NCBI GenBank assembly: GCA_032128375.1 | Contig: JAQBGU010000095.1 | Location: forward strand, 1-64,000 | DNA from: Deltaproteobacteria bacterium | GTDB taxonomy: Bacteria > Myxococcota_A > UBA9160 > SMWR01 | Length of the DNA stretch: 64,000 nucleotides | Direction of reading: 5' to 3' | In this document: positions 23,501 through 32,466 of the stretch, piece by piece | Numbering within the stretch: position 1 is the stretch's first letter | Layout of the letters: the number at the start of each line of letters is the position of its first letter | The notes under the pieces: generated by a model | Database searches by the model: none | Told to the model about the DNA's origin: nothing | Seen by the model: only the letters and a program-made list of their open reading frames with translations | Translations under genes and position numbers: made by a program

Positions 23501-25473
23501 AGCGTCGCTGGGATGATCCAATGTGCCAGAAGCGAATCGGATTCCGTACCCGCGACCGGTGCAGTCGATGTTGCGATCGGCATCCAATCCGTGGCGTCGG
23601 GCTGGCCTCCGGCGGCATATTCGACCCGATACCCGGCGAAGTTTGTTCCGCCGATCGCGCTGTGCCCGCTCGCGACGCCTCGGATATCGACCGTTCCGGA
23701 AAAAATTTCGCTGGTGACGGGCAGACGGATCAACGCGGAGCACGGTTCGCCGAATACGACTGACGCATGCGCGTTGACTCGACCACTTCCGGAATCGAGG
23801 TCCCAACCCGGTACTCCCGTGTCGTCGGCCGAAAGCTTCAACACCTGACGAACTTCCTCGACCGTGTACTGTGGGAATGCCGACAGGATCAACGCGGCCA
23901 CACCGGCAACATGGGGCGATGCCATCGAGGTCCCGCGAAACCGCACATAGTCGTCGCCAACTTGAAAAACACTCGATTCGAACAGCCCCTCGGCGCGTAG
24001 TGACAGAATGTTGACATAGTCGGCGTTCGAGTCCCGCGTGTCGTTTCGGCTGCCACCGCCTGGCGCTGCGACATCGATACCGACTCCGAAGTTCGAAAAA
24101 TCAGAGCGCAGGTCGAATTGATCGAAGGCCGAGACCGCGATCGAATCCGGAATGCTCGCCGGCGCATGACCGCGCGAAAGTCCCCCGAGCTTCGCTGCGG
24201 AGTTTCCGGCTGCCGAGACGACGACCACGCCATTCGCAGTCGCGTACGCGATCGCATCGATCAAAACTTCCGGCGCCGGCGCCGCGATCGGGTTTCCCCA
24301 ACTGTTGTTGATGACGTCCGCTCCCTGATCGACCGCGTACTTCAACGCCGCCACCAGATCACTCGTGCTTCCTCCGTTGGGTCCCAGCCCTTTGACGATC
24401 ATGATCTGCGCGTTGGGCGCGACTCCAACGACGCCGATCGCGTTGTCGATCGTCGCGGCGATCGTGCCGGCCACATGCGTACCGTGGCCGACATCGTCGA
24501 TTGGGTCGTTGTCGTCAAAAGCGAAATCCCAGCCGATGTGGTCGTCGGCGAAACCGTTTTCGTCGTCGTCGGAATCCAGATCGTCCAAATAGCTGCACGC
24601 AACGCCCGAAGCATCCAGCCCGCCTGCGCCGCAACCGGACGAGTCCTCGTCGACGAGGCCATCGCTGTCGTCATCGACGCCGCAGATTCCGGGACATCCG
24701 TCGCTGTTGATGTCTCCGGGGATGAACTGACCCGATGAAAGCTCGCCATCGTTGTGCCACACGTTGTCCGCTATATCGGGGTGGTTGTAGTCGATACCCG
24801 TATCGACTACCGCGACGATCACGGGCGAGGGGTCTGTGCCGATCTCGTGCCACGCAGCGTGCGCCCCGATTTTCGCGAGTCCCCACAGGTCGGCGTAGTC
24901 CTGTCCCCATGCGCCAGTGCTATCGAAGTATCGGTCGTTGGGGATGTGGTAGGTCTCGAACCGGTAATTTGGATGACAATATTCGATGCTCGGGTCGGCT
25001 TTGAATGCCTCGCACATGCGAATCAAATCGGTAGTGGCCGGCACCTGCAACTTGTAGATGTGCGAGAGTGCATCGGATGCGGCAGCGTGAGCCGAGGAAC
25101 GCGATCGACCCCTGCCAGTCTTCCTGCCGTGCGGGGTGTGAAATACCCGGGTCGCAGCTGCGACACGGTGCCGCCCGTGGAGACGATCGAGCGAGTCGGA
25201 ACCGCTGGCGGTGATGCGCTGAAATCGGCCACCTTCCCTCAATAGTGCCTGGACATCTCCCCGGACCGCATGTGTCCCACGGTCGCGATACTTTACGATC
25301 GCCTCGCCGGGGCGGTAGGCGGACGCGATGTCCAAATCTCCTTGTCGAAGCTGCACGGCGACATCCGTGAAAGAACCGGCCGGTGTTTCGGCAAAGGCCG
25401 GTTGTGAGACGCAAATGCAGATCAGCCAGCCCAGCTCGACGATACGTACGACAGCCCGCGACACTCTGCGCAT
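20557..25473 (-). CDS. Large secreted S8 (subtilisin-like) serine peptidase with FG-GAP repeats and C-terminal TSP3/dockerin-like Ca-binding modules
   Basis: Catalytic triad VDTGID / GHGTHVAG / GTSMASP; multiple GDLDGDGxLEI repeats; DxDGDGxGNACD motifs; signal peptide ending PAFA. Confidence 0.9.
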   Translation of the reverse strand: MRRVSRAVVRIVELGWLICICVSQPAFAETPAGSFTDVAVQLRQGDLDIASAYRPGEAIVKYRDRGTHAVRGDVQALLREGGRFQRITASGSDSLDRLHGRHRVAAATRVFHTPHGRKTGRGRSRSSAHAAASDALSHIYKLQVPATTDLIRMCEAFKADPSIEYCHPNYRFETYHIPNDRYFDSTGAWGQDYADLWGLAKIGAHAAWHEIGTDPSPVIVAVVDTGIDYNHPDIADNVWHNDGELSSGQFIPGDINSDGCPGICGVDDDSDGLVDEDSSGCGAGGLDASGVACSYLDDLDSDDDENGFADDHIGWDFAFDDNDPIDDVGHGTHVAGTIAATIDNAIGVVGVAPNAQIMIVKGLGPNGGSTSDLVAALKYAVDQGADVINNSWGNPIAAPAPEVLIDAIAYATANGVVVVSAAGNSAAKLGGLSRGHAPASIPDSIAVSAFDQFDLRSDFSNFGVGIDVAAPGGGSRNDTRDSNADYVNILSLRAEGLFESSVFQVGDDYVRFRGTSMASPHVAGVAALILSAFPQYTVEEVRQVLKLSADDTGVPGWDLDSGSGRVNAHASVVFGEPCSALIRLPVTSEIFSGTVDIRGVASGHSAIGGTNFAGYRVEYAAGGQPDATDWMPIATSTAPVAGTESDSLLAHWIIPATLPDGEYSLRLVVVDDLDREYESRVQIEVDGFDPPEMSGWPQLPPHGLTQLIPMIPVVGDLDGDGDLEILLGPYAWHHDGTSIVNHPLGFFTDYPFSPSLFQGFHGAPSIGDIDGDAENEVVLIYSDAFAGGGAIHVFGQDGQSMPGWPKALRFPGSIGRTATPVLADIDDDGALDVIVLDSDGLSRSPCQLDVYRGDGSLIFSRAFAHACLTIPTVADLDGDAHAEIILLGSTGQISVVDHTGQPAPIWPQNFRVNNFFEYTAPSVGDLDGDGELDIVVPSTDAVYAFASNGLALEGWPIRVACCDASIAALADLDRDGALEVVIGDRAGSIHVLDHRGVALDGWPIVLDGPANTTAALADIDGDGALDIVAVTGDRKVHAWNIAGHELATQGWPIATGEYAADSPVQDLLGLAAPPIVADLDSDGDREVVAFTRNVHVWDLPDAAAELPREWRMYRSNPRGTGNVDEDRVAQPPADPRIYVVPENFNVADIESFSLSFDLASPVAPIARAQWAMLDADDPDRKKIIGWLDGQEVDLAKPQPLPAAIGLVSQTIRLPEPGRYRVHASIQTEPAPDTDEDNKNNNTKNKKKKSTKRHQVFTTDIINVIEVLPANPVTRIVPGPSAFARTTVAARVDFDLIEGLRLLVFTVKKAGQSDEPVLGSVKFLELGEVNAVGERDLSERSLIGLFLAAASPTFAKFSVNEVGEYDVEISILAYPQQLSRTIEVGSARARFTATPIPDTDADGWFDIQDNCPWVDNGVDQAPTSGCAAPPCVGNQIDTDGDGYGNACDGDLNGDGEITGMPGGDCTGVDSDWCLLEASLGTTIGGPGYEPDADCNGDARIDAIDQMCMVDQSGGPVGPSGLDCAGTYPCFKSVGDADNDGLANGEDGCVFVRDALQRDGDEDGFGNACDADYDNDGIVGFGDFSRFATAFRSTDEVFDHDGDGFVGFPDFGFLVAHFGRPPGPSGRDVLPFVDPISGAP

Positions 25474-25600
25474 GCTTCGCACGCGTTTGGGCGACACACT
25501 TCTCGGAAAATCACTTCTCCGAAAGACAAGATCCTGCAACACAAGGCTAGCAGGTTCGAATCGAGATTTCGGTTCCATCGGCTGATCGTCGAGTTGCATC

Positions 25601-25630
25601 CCAAGCATGGACTCCAAGCATGGACTCCAA
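25601..25630. repeat. 13-bp tandem repeat upstream of the S8 protease
   Basis: CCAAGCATGGACT twice, then CCAA. Confidence 0.8.
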
Positions 25631-26236
25631 TCGTGAACAACAGATTCCAACTCTGCTATCAGAATTCAACTCATGGCATTTTCTGCTGTTTTCTGTTTCG
25701 AGTATGCCGGAAGGGCTCACAGGGGTCAAACGATCAACGCAGCGCAATCTGCGTTCGAAGCGGCCGCTTGCGATGCTGATTGCGTCTGCGGCCGAGCAAC
25801 CAACTCGTCGAACTTCGGTTTCAACAGCATGATCGCGTTCTGTGCCCCTAGGGCGGGGGGGGGAAGCGGGCTCGACGAATGATCAGCCGAAGCATTTGCA
25901 ACGGGACTGATCCATCGCAGCCAATCCGCTGGCTGACCTGGGACAAATTGATCCATCACAACGAGATGCATTCAAGGGCAATATCTGTTCGCGGAAAGGC
26001 GCTCGATCGCCGTCGTCGGCGGGTCTTCAATCGATTGGGGAGCGCCCGGAGAAATCCCTTTGCATCGAGAGAATCTGCGAATGATTCGCTTCGGTCAGAT
26101 GTTCGTCTGACATGCAATCGGGGATGGCGGTGTGGCTGCATGGGTTTCGGCGCACACGCAGCGCACCGCGGTGCTTCGGATAGGCATCCGATTCGAAACG
26201 GAATTGGATGGAAGCGGTGCCACAGCACGGCGCGCG

Positions 26237-27133
26237 TCAGCCGGCGAACAGCTTGTCGAGCAGGCGCGCGATCGGGACCTCGCGATAAGCGAGAATCATC
26301 GCGAAGACCGCAAGGTAGAGCCCGCGGGTTACGCCGCGTTCTCGTTCGCACTGTGCGAACCCCATCGCGATGAGCAGCCAGCCGAAGCCGTCTACGGGGG
26401 CCAGCGCGTAGCTGGAAGCGCAAAAAAGAAGTAGCAGAGCGTGGCGTGCACGGCCGACGCCAGCCGGCCGCCACGAACAGAAGGCGACCAGCACCGCCGA
26501 CTCGATGGCGGCGGTCCAGACTGTGGCTGCGAGGGCCAGCTGGCGGACGCTGGTCGGTAGCGGTGGGCCCGGAGGGATCGGAAACTGGGGCACGTCGAAG
26601 TGGCGATTCAGCGCTATCCGCTGCGCTTCGAGGTCGGGACCCGACAGTCCGGTGAGGAGCGCCGTCCAGTCTTCGAATCGCGGATCCAGCAACATCGTGA
26701 CTCGGAAGAACGTCCCGTCCAGGAAATCGAAGGATAGGACCAGTTTCCAGATCACTGCGAATCCGAAGGCGAGGCCAATCAGCACGCGACCGTTGAAGGC
26801 CAGAGATTTTTCTGTGTCAGTTGCGAACAGCGAGAGCGCCGCCGCCAGACACCAATAGCTGAGCAGGTAGGCATGGTTGTCGGCGAGCGGCCAGTCGTAC
26901 AAAACGCGCAGCCCGGTGAGGGCGGCGAGCGAGGCCCATAGCAGCGGCCGGCGCAGACATTGCGGAAACAGCAGCCCCGCAGCGGCGAGCGCCAGTACCG
27001 CGGGTCGGATCGCCCAGTTTCCGACGGGGCGTAGCAGAAAATCGAGGAGCGTGAGCCGCAGTGCGACATCGACGCTGTCGAGGCGTCCGAGCCACCCCCT
27101 CAATCCGGTGGCGGCCTCCGCAGCTGCGTTCAT
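26237..27133 (-). CDS. HTTM-like (vitamin-K carboxylase/SdpB-related) membrane protein
   Basis: Multi-TM protein; DNHAYL, FAVIWK, DFLDG, T..IE; ATGA overlap with the upstream gene. Confidence 0.6.
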   Translation of the reverse strand: MNAAAEAATGLRGWLGRLDSVDVALRLTLLDFLLRPVGNWAIRPAVLALAAAGLLFPQCLRRPLLWASLAALTGLRVLYDWPLADNHAYLLSYWCLAAALSLFATDTEKSLAFNGRVLIGLAFGFAVIWKLVLSFDFLDGTFFRVTMLLDPRFEDWTALLTGLSGPDLEAQRIALNRHFDVPQFPIPPGPPLPTSVRQLALAATVWTAAIESAVLVAFCSWRPAGVGRARHALLLLFCASSYALAPVDGFGWLLIAMGFAQCERERGVTRGLYLAVFAMILAYREVPIARLLDKLFAG

Positions 27134-27558
27134 GGCTCGACCGGGACCACGAGTCCGCGCAGCAGGTGGCTCTCGGGAGCCAGCGTTTTCGGGTGGTAGC
27201 GCGTCCGCCAGATCTGGATACGAACCCCGGTCGCCGGTCCGTAATCGGGTGTGGGTAGCCGGGCGAGTTCGCGGGCCAAGGCCTGCAGGTTTGCATCCGA
27301 AGGAAGGGTACGAGCTCGGCTTTCGAGGTCTTGGAAATCCTCGGGGACGAATACTTCGCGCTCGAGTCCTGGTCTCAACACGAATGCGTGTAGATGGCGC
27401 GCGCGCCCCGCGTCTGTCGTCGAGAACATTCCGAAGCCGCCACCGAACCACGCAGAGAGGCCGGCGGTTTGCGCCAGAAACAGCTGGTGGAGTGCGACCA
27501 GGACCAGAACACTCGCCGGCAGCGCGCGAGCCCAACGGCCCCTGCGGGTCGCGAGCAA
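27130..27558 (-). CDS. Membrane-anchored hypothetical protein, partner of the HTTM-like gene (start uncertain)
   Basis: Single TM then LSAWFGGGFGMFST; translationally coupled to the downstream gene. Confidence 0.6.
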   Translation of the reverse strand: MLATRRGRWARALPASVLVLVALHQLFLAQTAGLSAWFGGGFGMFSTTDAGRARHLHAFVLRPGLEREVFVPEDFQDLESRARTLPSDANLQALARELARLPTPDYGPATGVRIQIWRTRYHPKTLAPESHLLRGLVVPVEP

Positions 27559-27611
27559 CGCGCCGGCCGCTTCGTTGGAAGTCGTAGGAGGGGTCCCCCT
27601 CGGCGCCCCCG

Positions 27612-28355
27612 TCAGTACCCGGCCGGCGGGTTCACGACGATGTAGGTCACGCTCCCGCCGCTGTAGCCGCGCTGATACCAGTGGGTGCCGCATTGGGTGT
27701 AGGTAACGCTTCCCACGATCACCGTGGTCTGCGTGCAGCTGAGCGCACCGATCGTCGCCGCCGTCAGTGACGCACCCACTGCCCACTTCCAGCGATCTTC
27801 GTAGAACTCGTTGCGATTGCCATAGTATTCGCTGCGCTCGCCGTACGCGTCCTGGCGGAACTCCGTGCGATCCTGAACGTTGTCCTGGCGCTGGTCGAAG
27901 CGGTCGTCGCGGTTGTCCTGGCGATTTCCCTGGTTATCACCACGGTTGTCTTGACGATCCCCCGCGTTGTCCTGGCGACCCTGCTGGTTGTCACCGCGGT
28001 TGTCCTGGCGACCTCCTTGGGCGTCCTGACGGCCCTGCGGGTTGGTACCGCGGTTGTCCTGGCGACCCCCTTGAGCGTCCTGACGGCCCTGCTGGTTGCC
28101 TTGGCGAGTCGTTTGACCGCCGGTCGCGCGACCACTACCCGCGGATCTTCCGGTGCTCCGCATCGATCCGGAGCTGGCAGGTCCCCCGCGCGAGACGTTT
28201 CCCCGGCTGCCACCACCACCGCCACCGGAACGACCGCCGCCGCCGCCGCCACCACGACCGCCGCCACCGCGCGCCGCGGCCTCGAGGGCGAGGAATCCGA
28301 TGGCCAGAAGTACACCGATCCAGGCCAGTTGTCGGGTGTGTGTTCGCAACATCAT
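27612..28355 (-). CDS. Secreted Gly-rich, RQDN-repeat protein with a small two-Cys C-terminal domain
   Basis: Signal peptide, RGGGGRGGGG tract, QGRQDAQGGRQDNRG repeats, C-terminus YTQCGTHWYQRGYSGGSVTYIVVNPP. Confidence 0.8.
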   Translation of the reverse strand: MMLRTHTRQLAWIGVLLAIGFLALEAAARGGGGRGGGGGGGRSGGGGGGSRGNVSRGGPASSGSMRSTGRSAGSGRATGGQTTRQGNQQGRQDAQGGRQDNRGTNPQGRQDAQGGRQDNRGDNQQGRQDNAGDRQDNRGDNQGNRQDNRDDRFDQRQDNVQDRTEFRQDAYGERSEYYGNRNEFYEDRWKWAVGASLTAATIGALSCTQTTVIVGSVTYTQCGTHWYQRGYSGGSVTYIVVNPPAGY

Positions 28356-29182
28356 TCGATCTCCTCCCTCTCCCGCTGAGCGCTAGCGACCGCAGCTCCG
28401 ATCGGGATCTGCTCTGCGCTCTTCGGCGGGGTGTACACGAAAAGTTCATCGGGAGTCTTCGGATGGAGATCCCAATTCGAGAACTGCGCCCAGAACTGCG
28501 GGCTTCCCGGAGAGGTCTTGTAGGTGATGATGAGGCGCTGGAGGAGGGGCTGCTCGCCGTCTGCCACCCATAGCTGCACATCGACGACCTCACTGCGGAT
28601 CGCTACGTGGAAACACGCTGTCCCGGCGATCGCGTCCTCGCCAACCACGAGCCCGGCGACGATGCCATCGATCACCTCGGCCAACACATTGCTGCGAAAC
28701 AGATCGGCCAGCGGGGCGGGTGTACCGAGATCGTCAGTGAGATAATCGATGGCAGCGTCGAGAGTTCCCGGTTTCTGTACCGAGACGTAGGCTTTGTCGT
28801 CCGGAAAGTCGACCGAGATCGCCTTGCCGTCGAAAAACAACGTGGATGTCCCGCCGTCTCGCGCGGTGACCTCCACTCGCGCCCGGTCGGGCCGACGAAT
28901 CGTGGCCTGGCGCGTTCCGCCGAACTCGAGCATGAGGCCGTTGGCCTGTATAGAGTCGAAGCCGAACTGCGCTTCGAAAGAGAAACTGTTTTGAGCAGAC
29001 AGAAAGTCCGACATGAGCTTGAACTCGGCGATTGCATCCGCGAGGTCCGCAGCACTTGCCGCCGCCTTTGCGGTGGCGATCTCCTCGTCGGATACTGCCG
29101 ACTCCTGCGCCAGGGCGACGGCAGCCATGAGCGTGAAAGCACTCACTACCAACCCGGTCACCCGCAATCCCGTGCGAATCAT
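28352..29182 (-). CDS. DUF2092 family periplasmic protein
   Basis: Signal peptide; IRRPDR, FFDGK, PLADL, DVQLWV..G..PL, SPQF..FSNW. Confidence 0.82.
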   Translation of the reverse strand: MIRTGLRVTGLVVSAFTLMAAVALAQESAVSDEEIATAKAAASAADLADAIAEFKLMSDFLSAQNSFSFEAQFGFDSIQANGLMLEFGGTRQATIRRPDRARVEVTARDGGTSTLFFDGKAISVDFPDDKAYVSVQKPGTLDAAIDYLTDDLGTPAPLADLFRSNVLAEVIDGIVAGLVVGEDAIAGTACFHVAIRSEVVDVQLWVADGEQPLLQRLIITYKTSPGSPQFWAQFSNWDLHPKTPDELFVYTPPKSAEQIPIGAAVASAQREREEIE

Positions 29183-29468
29183 TGAACCCTCCAGACATAC
29201 TTGGGGGCGGATCCTAACAGAGGGAGCCGTATCTTGCTTTCGCATCTCTTCAGTCGGACGGCCTGGCAGGCAAGCGCAGAGCATCAGTCTGTTCAGGGGG
29301 CGGTCTGGCGCCCATACACATGGAAGGCACCCGCTCGTGGTGCGGGCGCAGACGCTGAGACCCGCATCGCCAGCTCCGGCGAGTCGACGGGGAGATTCAA
29401 TGTCTGCCTTGACGATGGCGCGAGATAACGGGCGGCATCCGTCCGAACCATATCGTTTCGACACCAGC

Positions 29469-29950
29469 TCACGTCGAACCAGAGCAGCGACTGCGAAGAC
29501 CCGAGTAGCGGACCGAAGGCCTGTGTGAGGCCCAGGGCCAGCTGGGTCTCGTCGATTCCGGAGGCGACCGGGTTGGCGCCGATCGGACCCGCTGGGTTCC
29601 CGTTTCGGATCGGTGAATCGGTGAAAGCGCCGTCTCGATCACGAGGTCGCGGGCGATCTGCACCGGCCAGTTGAAGTGATGGGAAACCTCGACTCCGACC
29701 AGTGTGCCGACGACGGGCAACACACTGTTGAAAGAGGCGCCCAGAATCTGGATGTCCTCGGGATACTCGGCGATCCAGCTCGTCTCGTTCGAGAGGGTCC
29801 CGAGTGCAACAATCCGTTCGACATCTGTAGGACCGCTCGCACCGATGGCGGCGGCATCGTCGATCGCGGACTGATCGGCAGCGACCCCGCTGATCAACGG
29901 GAACCGACTGTGATAGTTGACGAAATGCACACGCAGGCTGCTCGCGTTCA
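29469..29950 (-). pseudogene. Frameshifted internal remnant of a DUF1302-family outer-membrane protein
   Basis: HFVNYHSRFPLISG, EYPEDIQILGASFNS, EVSH...PVQI; continues in another frame (LGLTQAFGPLLG); no N- or C-terminus. Confidence 0.65.
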
Positions 29951-30117
29951 AGGCCGCCCGCACCGCGAAGACAGGCGCTCACCGTGAGCAGGCTGGCAGC
30001 GAGACGCGATCAGTAACCCGGCTCGCGCGCGGTCTTCGGAGGGCGGCAAACCGCCAGGCCCAATGGCGCCCCTTGCGAGCGAGGCCAGTCGTAATCAACC
30101 GAATCTGAAGCGGGCGA

Positions 30118-30191
30118 TGGATCCCCGGCATGGATTCGAACCATGATTCACAGATTCAAAGTCTGTTGTCCTGCCATTGGACGACCGGGGA
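30118..30191 (-). tRNA. tRNA-Gln (UUG), copy 1
   Basis: TCCCCGG..GTCCAATGGCAGGAC..ACAGA-CTTTGAA-TCTGT..CATGGTTCGAATCCATG-CCGGGGA-T-CCA cloverleaf. Confidence 0.95.
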
Positions 30192-30357
30192 ATCGCGCAA
30201 TGGCGTGAACTTTCAGATAGTTGCGCGGCGGCGTCAACTCTGCGCGGGAGGCCGGCGAATCCTCATCGAGAACATCCGCAGTTCCGAACAGTTCACCCTG
30301 TTCACACCGCAAAAAACACGGATGCAATACGGCGGCGGGAAATCGGCACTGCGCAGG

Positions 30358-31062
30358 TCAGTCGGGACGCGCCCCGAGCGAGCGAACATACTCGATCAAT
30401 TCGCTTTGATTGCTCACTCCAACCTGTCGGAAGATCGACTTGAGGTGGTTGCGGACCGTGTGGGGGCTGATGTGGAGCATTTTCGCGATCGCCGGGACCC
30501 GCTTTCCCGAAACAAGGTGACCCAACACCTCCAGCTCGCGATCCGTGAGTCCCTCGAGGTCTGGATGCCCGATCGGTACAGCGGGGACCGCCTGCGTACC
30601 CGCGATGAGACCGATCATTTGCAGCTCGTGAGCGATGCGTTCCAGGTTGCCGCGCAGCGTATTGCCGCGCGCGTCCTCGATCGGCTGTGCGGTCTGGATC
30701 GTCGACAGCTCGACCACAACGTTGAAAAACGGGCCCTCTGGGCCGGAGTATTGGTGGGGAATCAGCAGAACGGGGAAGGTCGTGGAGTCCTTTCGCTCCG
30801 CGATCGAGATGCGGGCGCGGATATTGCCCTGGCCGATGGCCCTCAGCTGCTCATGAGCGCTCTGGTCGAGTTCCTCGGGGATGATCTTGAACACCGACTC
30901 GCCGACGAACTCGTCCCAGCGGTAGCCGAGCCAGCCGAGCAGGCATTCGTTGGCGAATACGATCACGTTGTCGCGGTCGATGCCTATGACACCGCAGTTC
31001 ATGTGGTCGATGGCGCCGACGAGTTCACGGTGATGCTGCTCGAGATCGAACGCTTGGGCCAC
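30358..31062 (-). CDS. PAS domain plus LuxR-type HTH transcriptional regulator
   Basis: IVFANE...LGY..DEFVG PAS motif; LTDRELEVL...IAKMLHISPHTVRNHLKSIFRQVGV. Confidence 0.9.
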   Translation of the reverse strand: MAQAFDLEQHHRELVGAIDHMNCGVIGIDRDNVIVFANECLLGWLGYRWDEFVGESVFKIIPEELDQSAHEQLRAIGQGNIRARISIAERKDSTTFPVLLIPHQYSGPEGPFFNVVVELSTIQTAQPIEDARGNTLRGNLERIAHELQMIGLIAGTQAVPAVPIGHPDLEGLTDRELEVLGHLVSGKRVPAIAKMLHISPHTVRNHLKSIFRQVGVSNQSELIEYVRSLGARPD

Positions 31063-31327
31063 CGTACCTCCGGATTCGAAAGTGACGTCAGAAAGTAGAG
31101 CGTTTCCTGCAACCCTGCGAAAGCGTTACCAGTCCTGGCCGGCCAACCGGGCCGTCTTGGTCACTGAATTTGGACAAGACTGGTCAGTCGAACGACCCGT
31201 CGTGGCTCTACCTGCCTCGCCGAATTCCCGCACCTTGTTGATACGCCGACAGGATTCCGCCGGAAGAAAATCCAGACCGAGTATGTGAGATAGCACCGAA
31301 ACGAGAGACCGAGAACAGGAGCGACTC

Positions 31328-32380
31328 ATGAACAGCTCAGTGCAGTACCGTGTCACACAGACGGGATTGCCCCATTTCCCGGTGGGTCTCGTCGCGCCTG
31401 ACGTGAGCCATGATGCGGAAGAGCTTGGTCGCACGCCGCGTGACGATGTCGATCGCTCGTCGAAGCGGGCCAGCACGAGCACCGCTGACGGGGTGGATCA
31501 CGATCGCTGGTTCTTCGGCGCGATGGGACGCTTCCCGCTGCTCGAACACGACGAGGTCGTCTCGCTGACGAGAACCGTGCAGTGCAGTAGTGAAGACGCA
31601 AACGAACGCATCGACGCACAACAGAGAATCGTAGTGGCGAACCTGCGCTGGATCGCGACGATCGCGCGGGAGTACACGCATTGCTCGGATCTCGATCTCA
31701 TCGACCTCGTCCAGGAGGGAGTCGTCGGGCTGATGCGCGCGACCGAGAAATTCGATCCGGACAAGGGCTGTCGGTTCCTGACCTATGCCACCTACTGGAT
31801 CCGACACGCGGTGATCCGCGGGATCCAGAACAGAGGCAGCACGATCCGGCTCCCCCATCACGCGCACGAAGTCCTGGTGGCCATCCGCCGCTCGCACGCG
31901 AATCTGTGCGGAGTGCTGAAACGCGAACCGCGGAACGCCGAGATCGCGAGCGATCTCGGCGAGGAGGCGACGAAAGTCGAATCTCTGATCGAGGCTTCAC
32001 AACGGCCCGACTCGCTCGACAGGTGCGTTGGCCCAGACCACGACATTCCGATGGGCGAACTGCTCGAGAACACCAACAGCCAGACCCCGGAGCAGTGTCT
32101 CCAGCAAAGTGATACCGCGACGGCGATCGAGATCGCACTTGACGTGCTTCCCGAGCGCGAGCGCATGATCATCAGACTCCGATTCGGGCTGAACGACGAC
32201 CAGGAGCATACGCTCGCGGATATCGCACGGCAGTTCGGCGTCTCGATCGAGCGGATCCGACAGCTGGAGAAGCGCTCGCTCGCGAAACTGGGCGATTGCT
32301 TGGCGCTGCGCGGCCTCGGCTTCGGAGAAACTCCGAATCTGGCGGGACGGTTGGATCCCCGGCATGGATTCGAACCATGA
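31328..32380 (+). CDS. Alternative sigma-70 factor (RpoD/RpoS-like, no region 1.1)
   Basis: ANLRWIATIAREY, DLVQEG..GLMRATEKFDP.KG.RF.TYATYWIR, TIRLP, region 4 TLADIA..FGVSIERIRQLE. Confidence 0.9.
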   Translation: MNSSVQYRVTQTGLPHFPVGLVAPDVSHDAEELGRTPRDDVDRSSKRASTSTADGVDHDRWFFGAMGRFPLLEHDEVVSLTRTVQCSSEDANERIDAQQRIVVANLRWIATIAREYTHCSDLDLIDLVQEGVVGLMRATEKFDPDKGCRFLTYATYWIRHAVIRGIQNRGSTIRLPHHAHEVLVAIRRSHANLCGVLKREPRNAEIASDLGEEATKVESLIEASQRPDSLDRCVGPDHDIPMGELLENTNSQTPEQCLQQSDTATAIEIALDVLPERERMIIRLRFGLNDDQEHTLADIARQFGVSIERIRQLEKRSLAKLGDCLALRGLGFGETPNLAGRLDPRHGFEP

Positions 32381-32425
32381 TTCACAGATTCAAAGTCTGT
32401 TGTCCTGCCATTGGACGACCGGGGA
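32352..32425 (-). tRNA. tRNA-Gln (UUG), copy 2, identical to copy 1
   Basis: Same 74-nt sequence including CCA. Confidence 0.95.
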
Positions 32426-32466
32426 ACCGCGCCGTCAGGTGGATTTTCGGATATCGCAGCCCCTGT

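Noticed and set aside
25726..25971. 81-aa ORF upstream of the S8 protease
   Set aside because: No motif or convincing coding signal.
27880..28110. Regularly spaced DNA repeats resembling a CRISPR array
   Set aside because: They are in-frame coding repeats (RQDN units) with no unique spacers, and no cas genes are present in the window.
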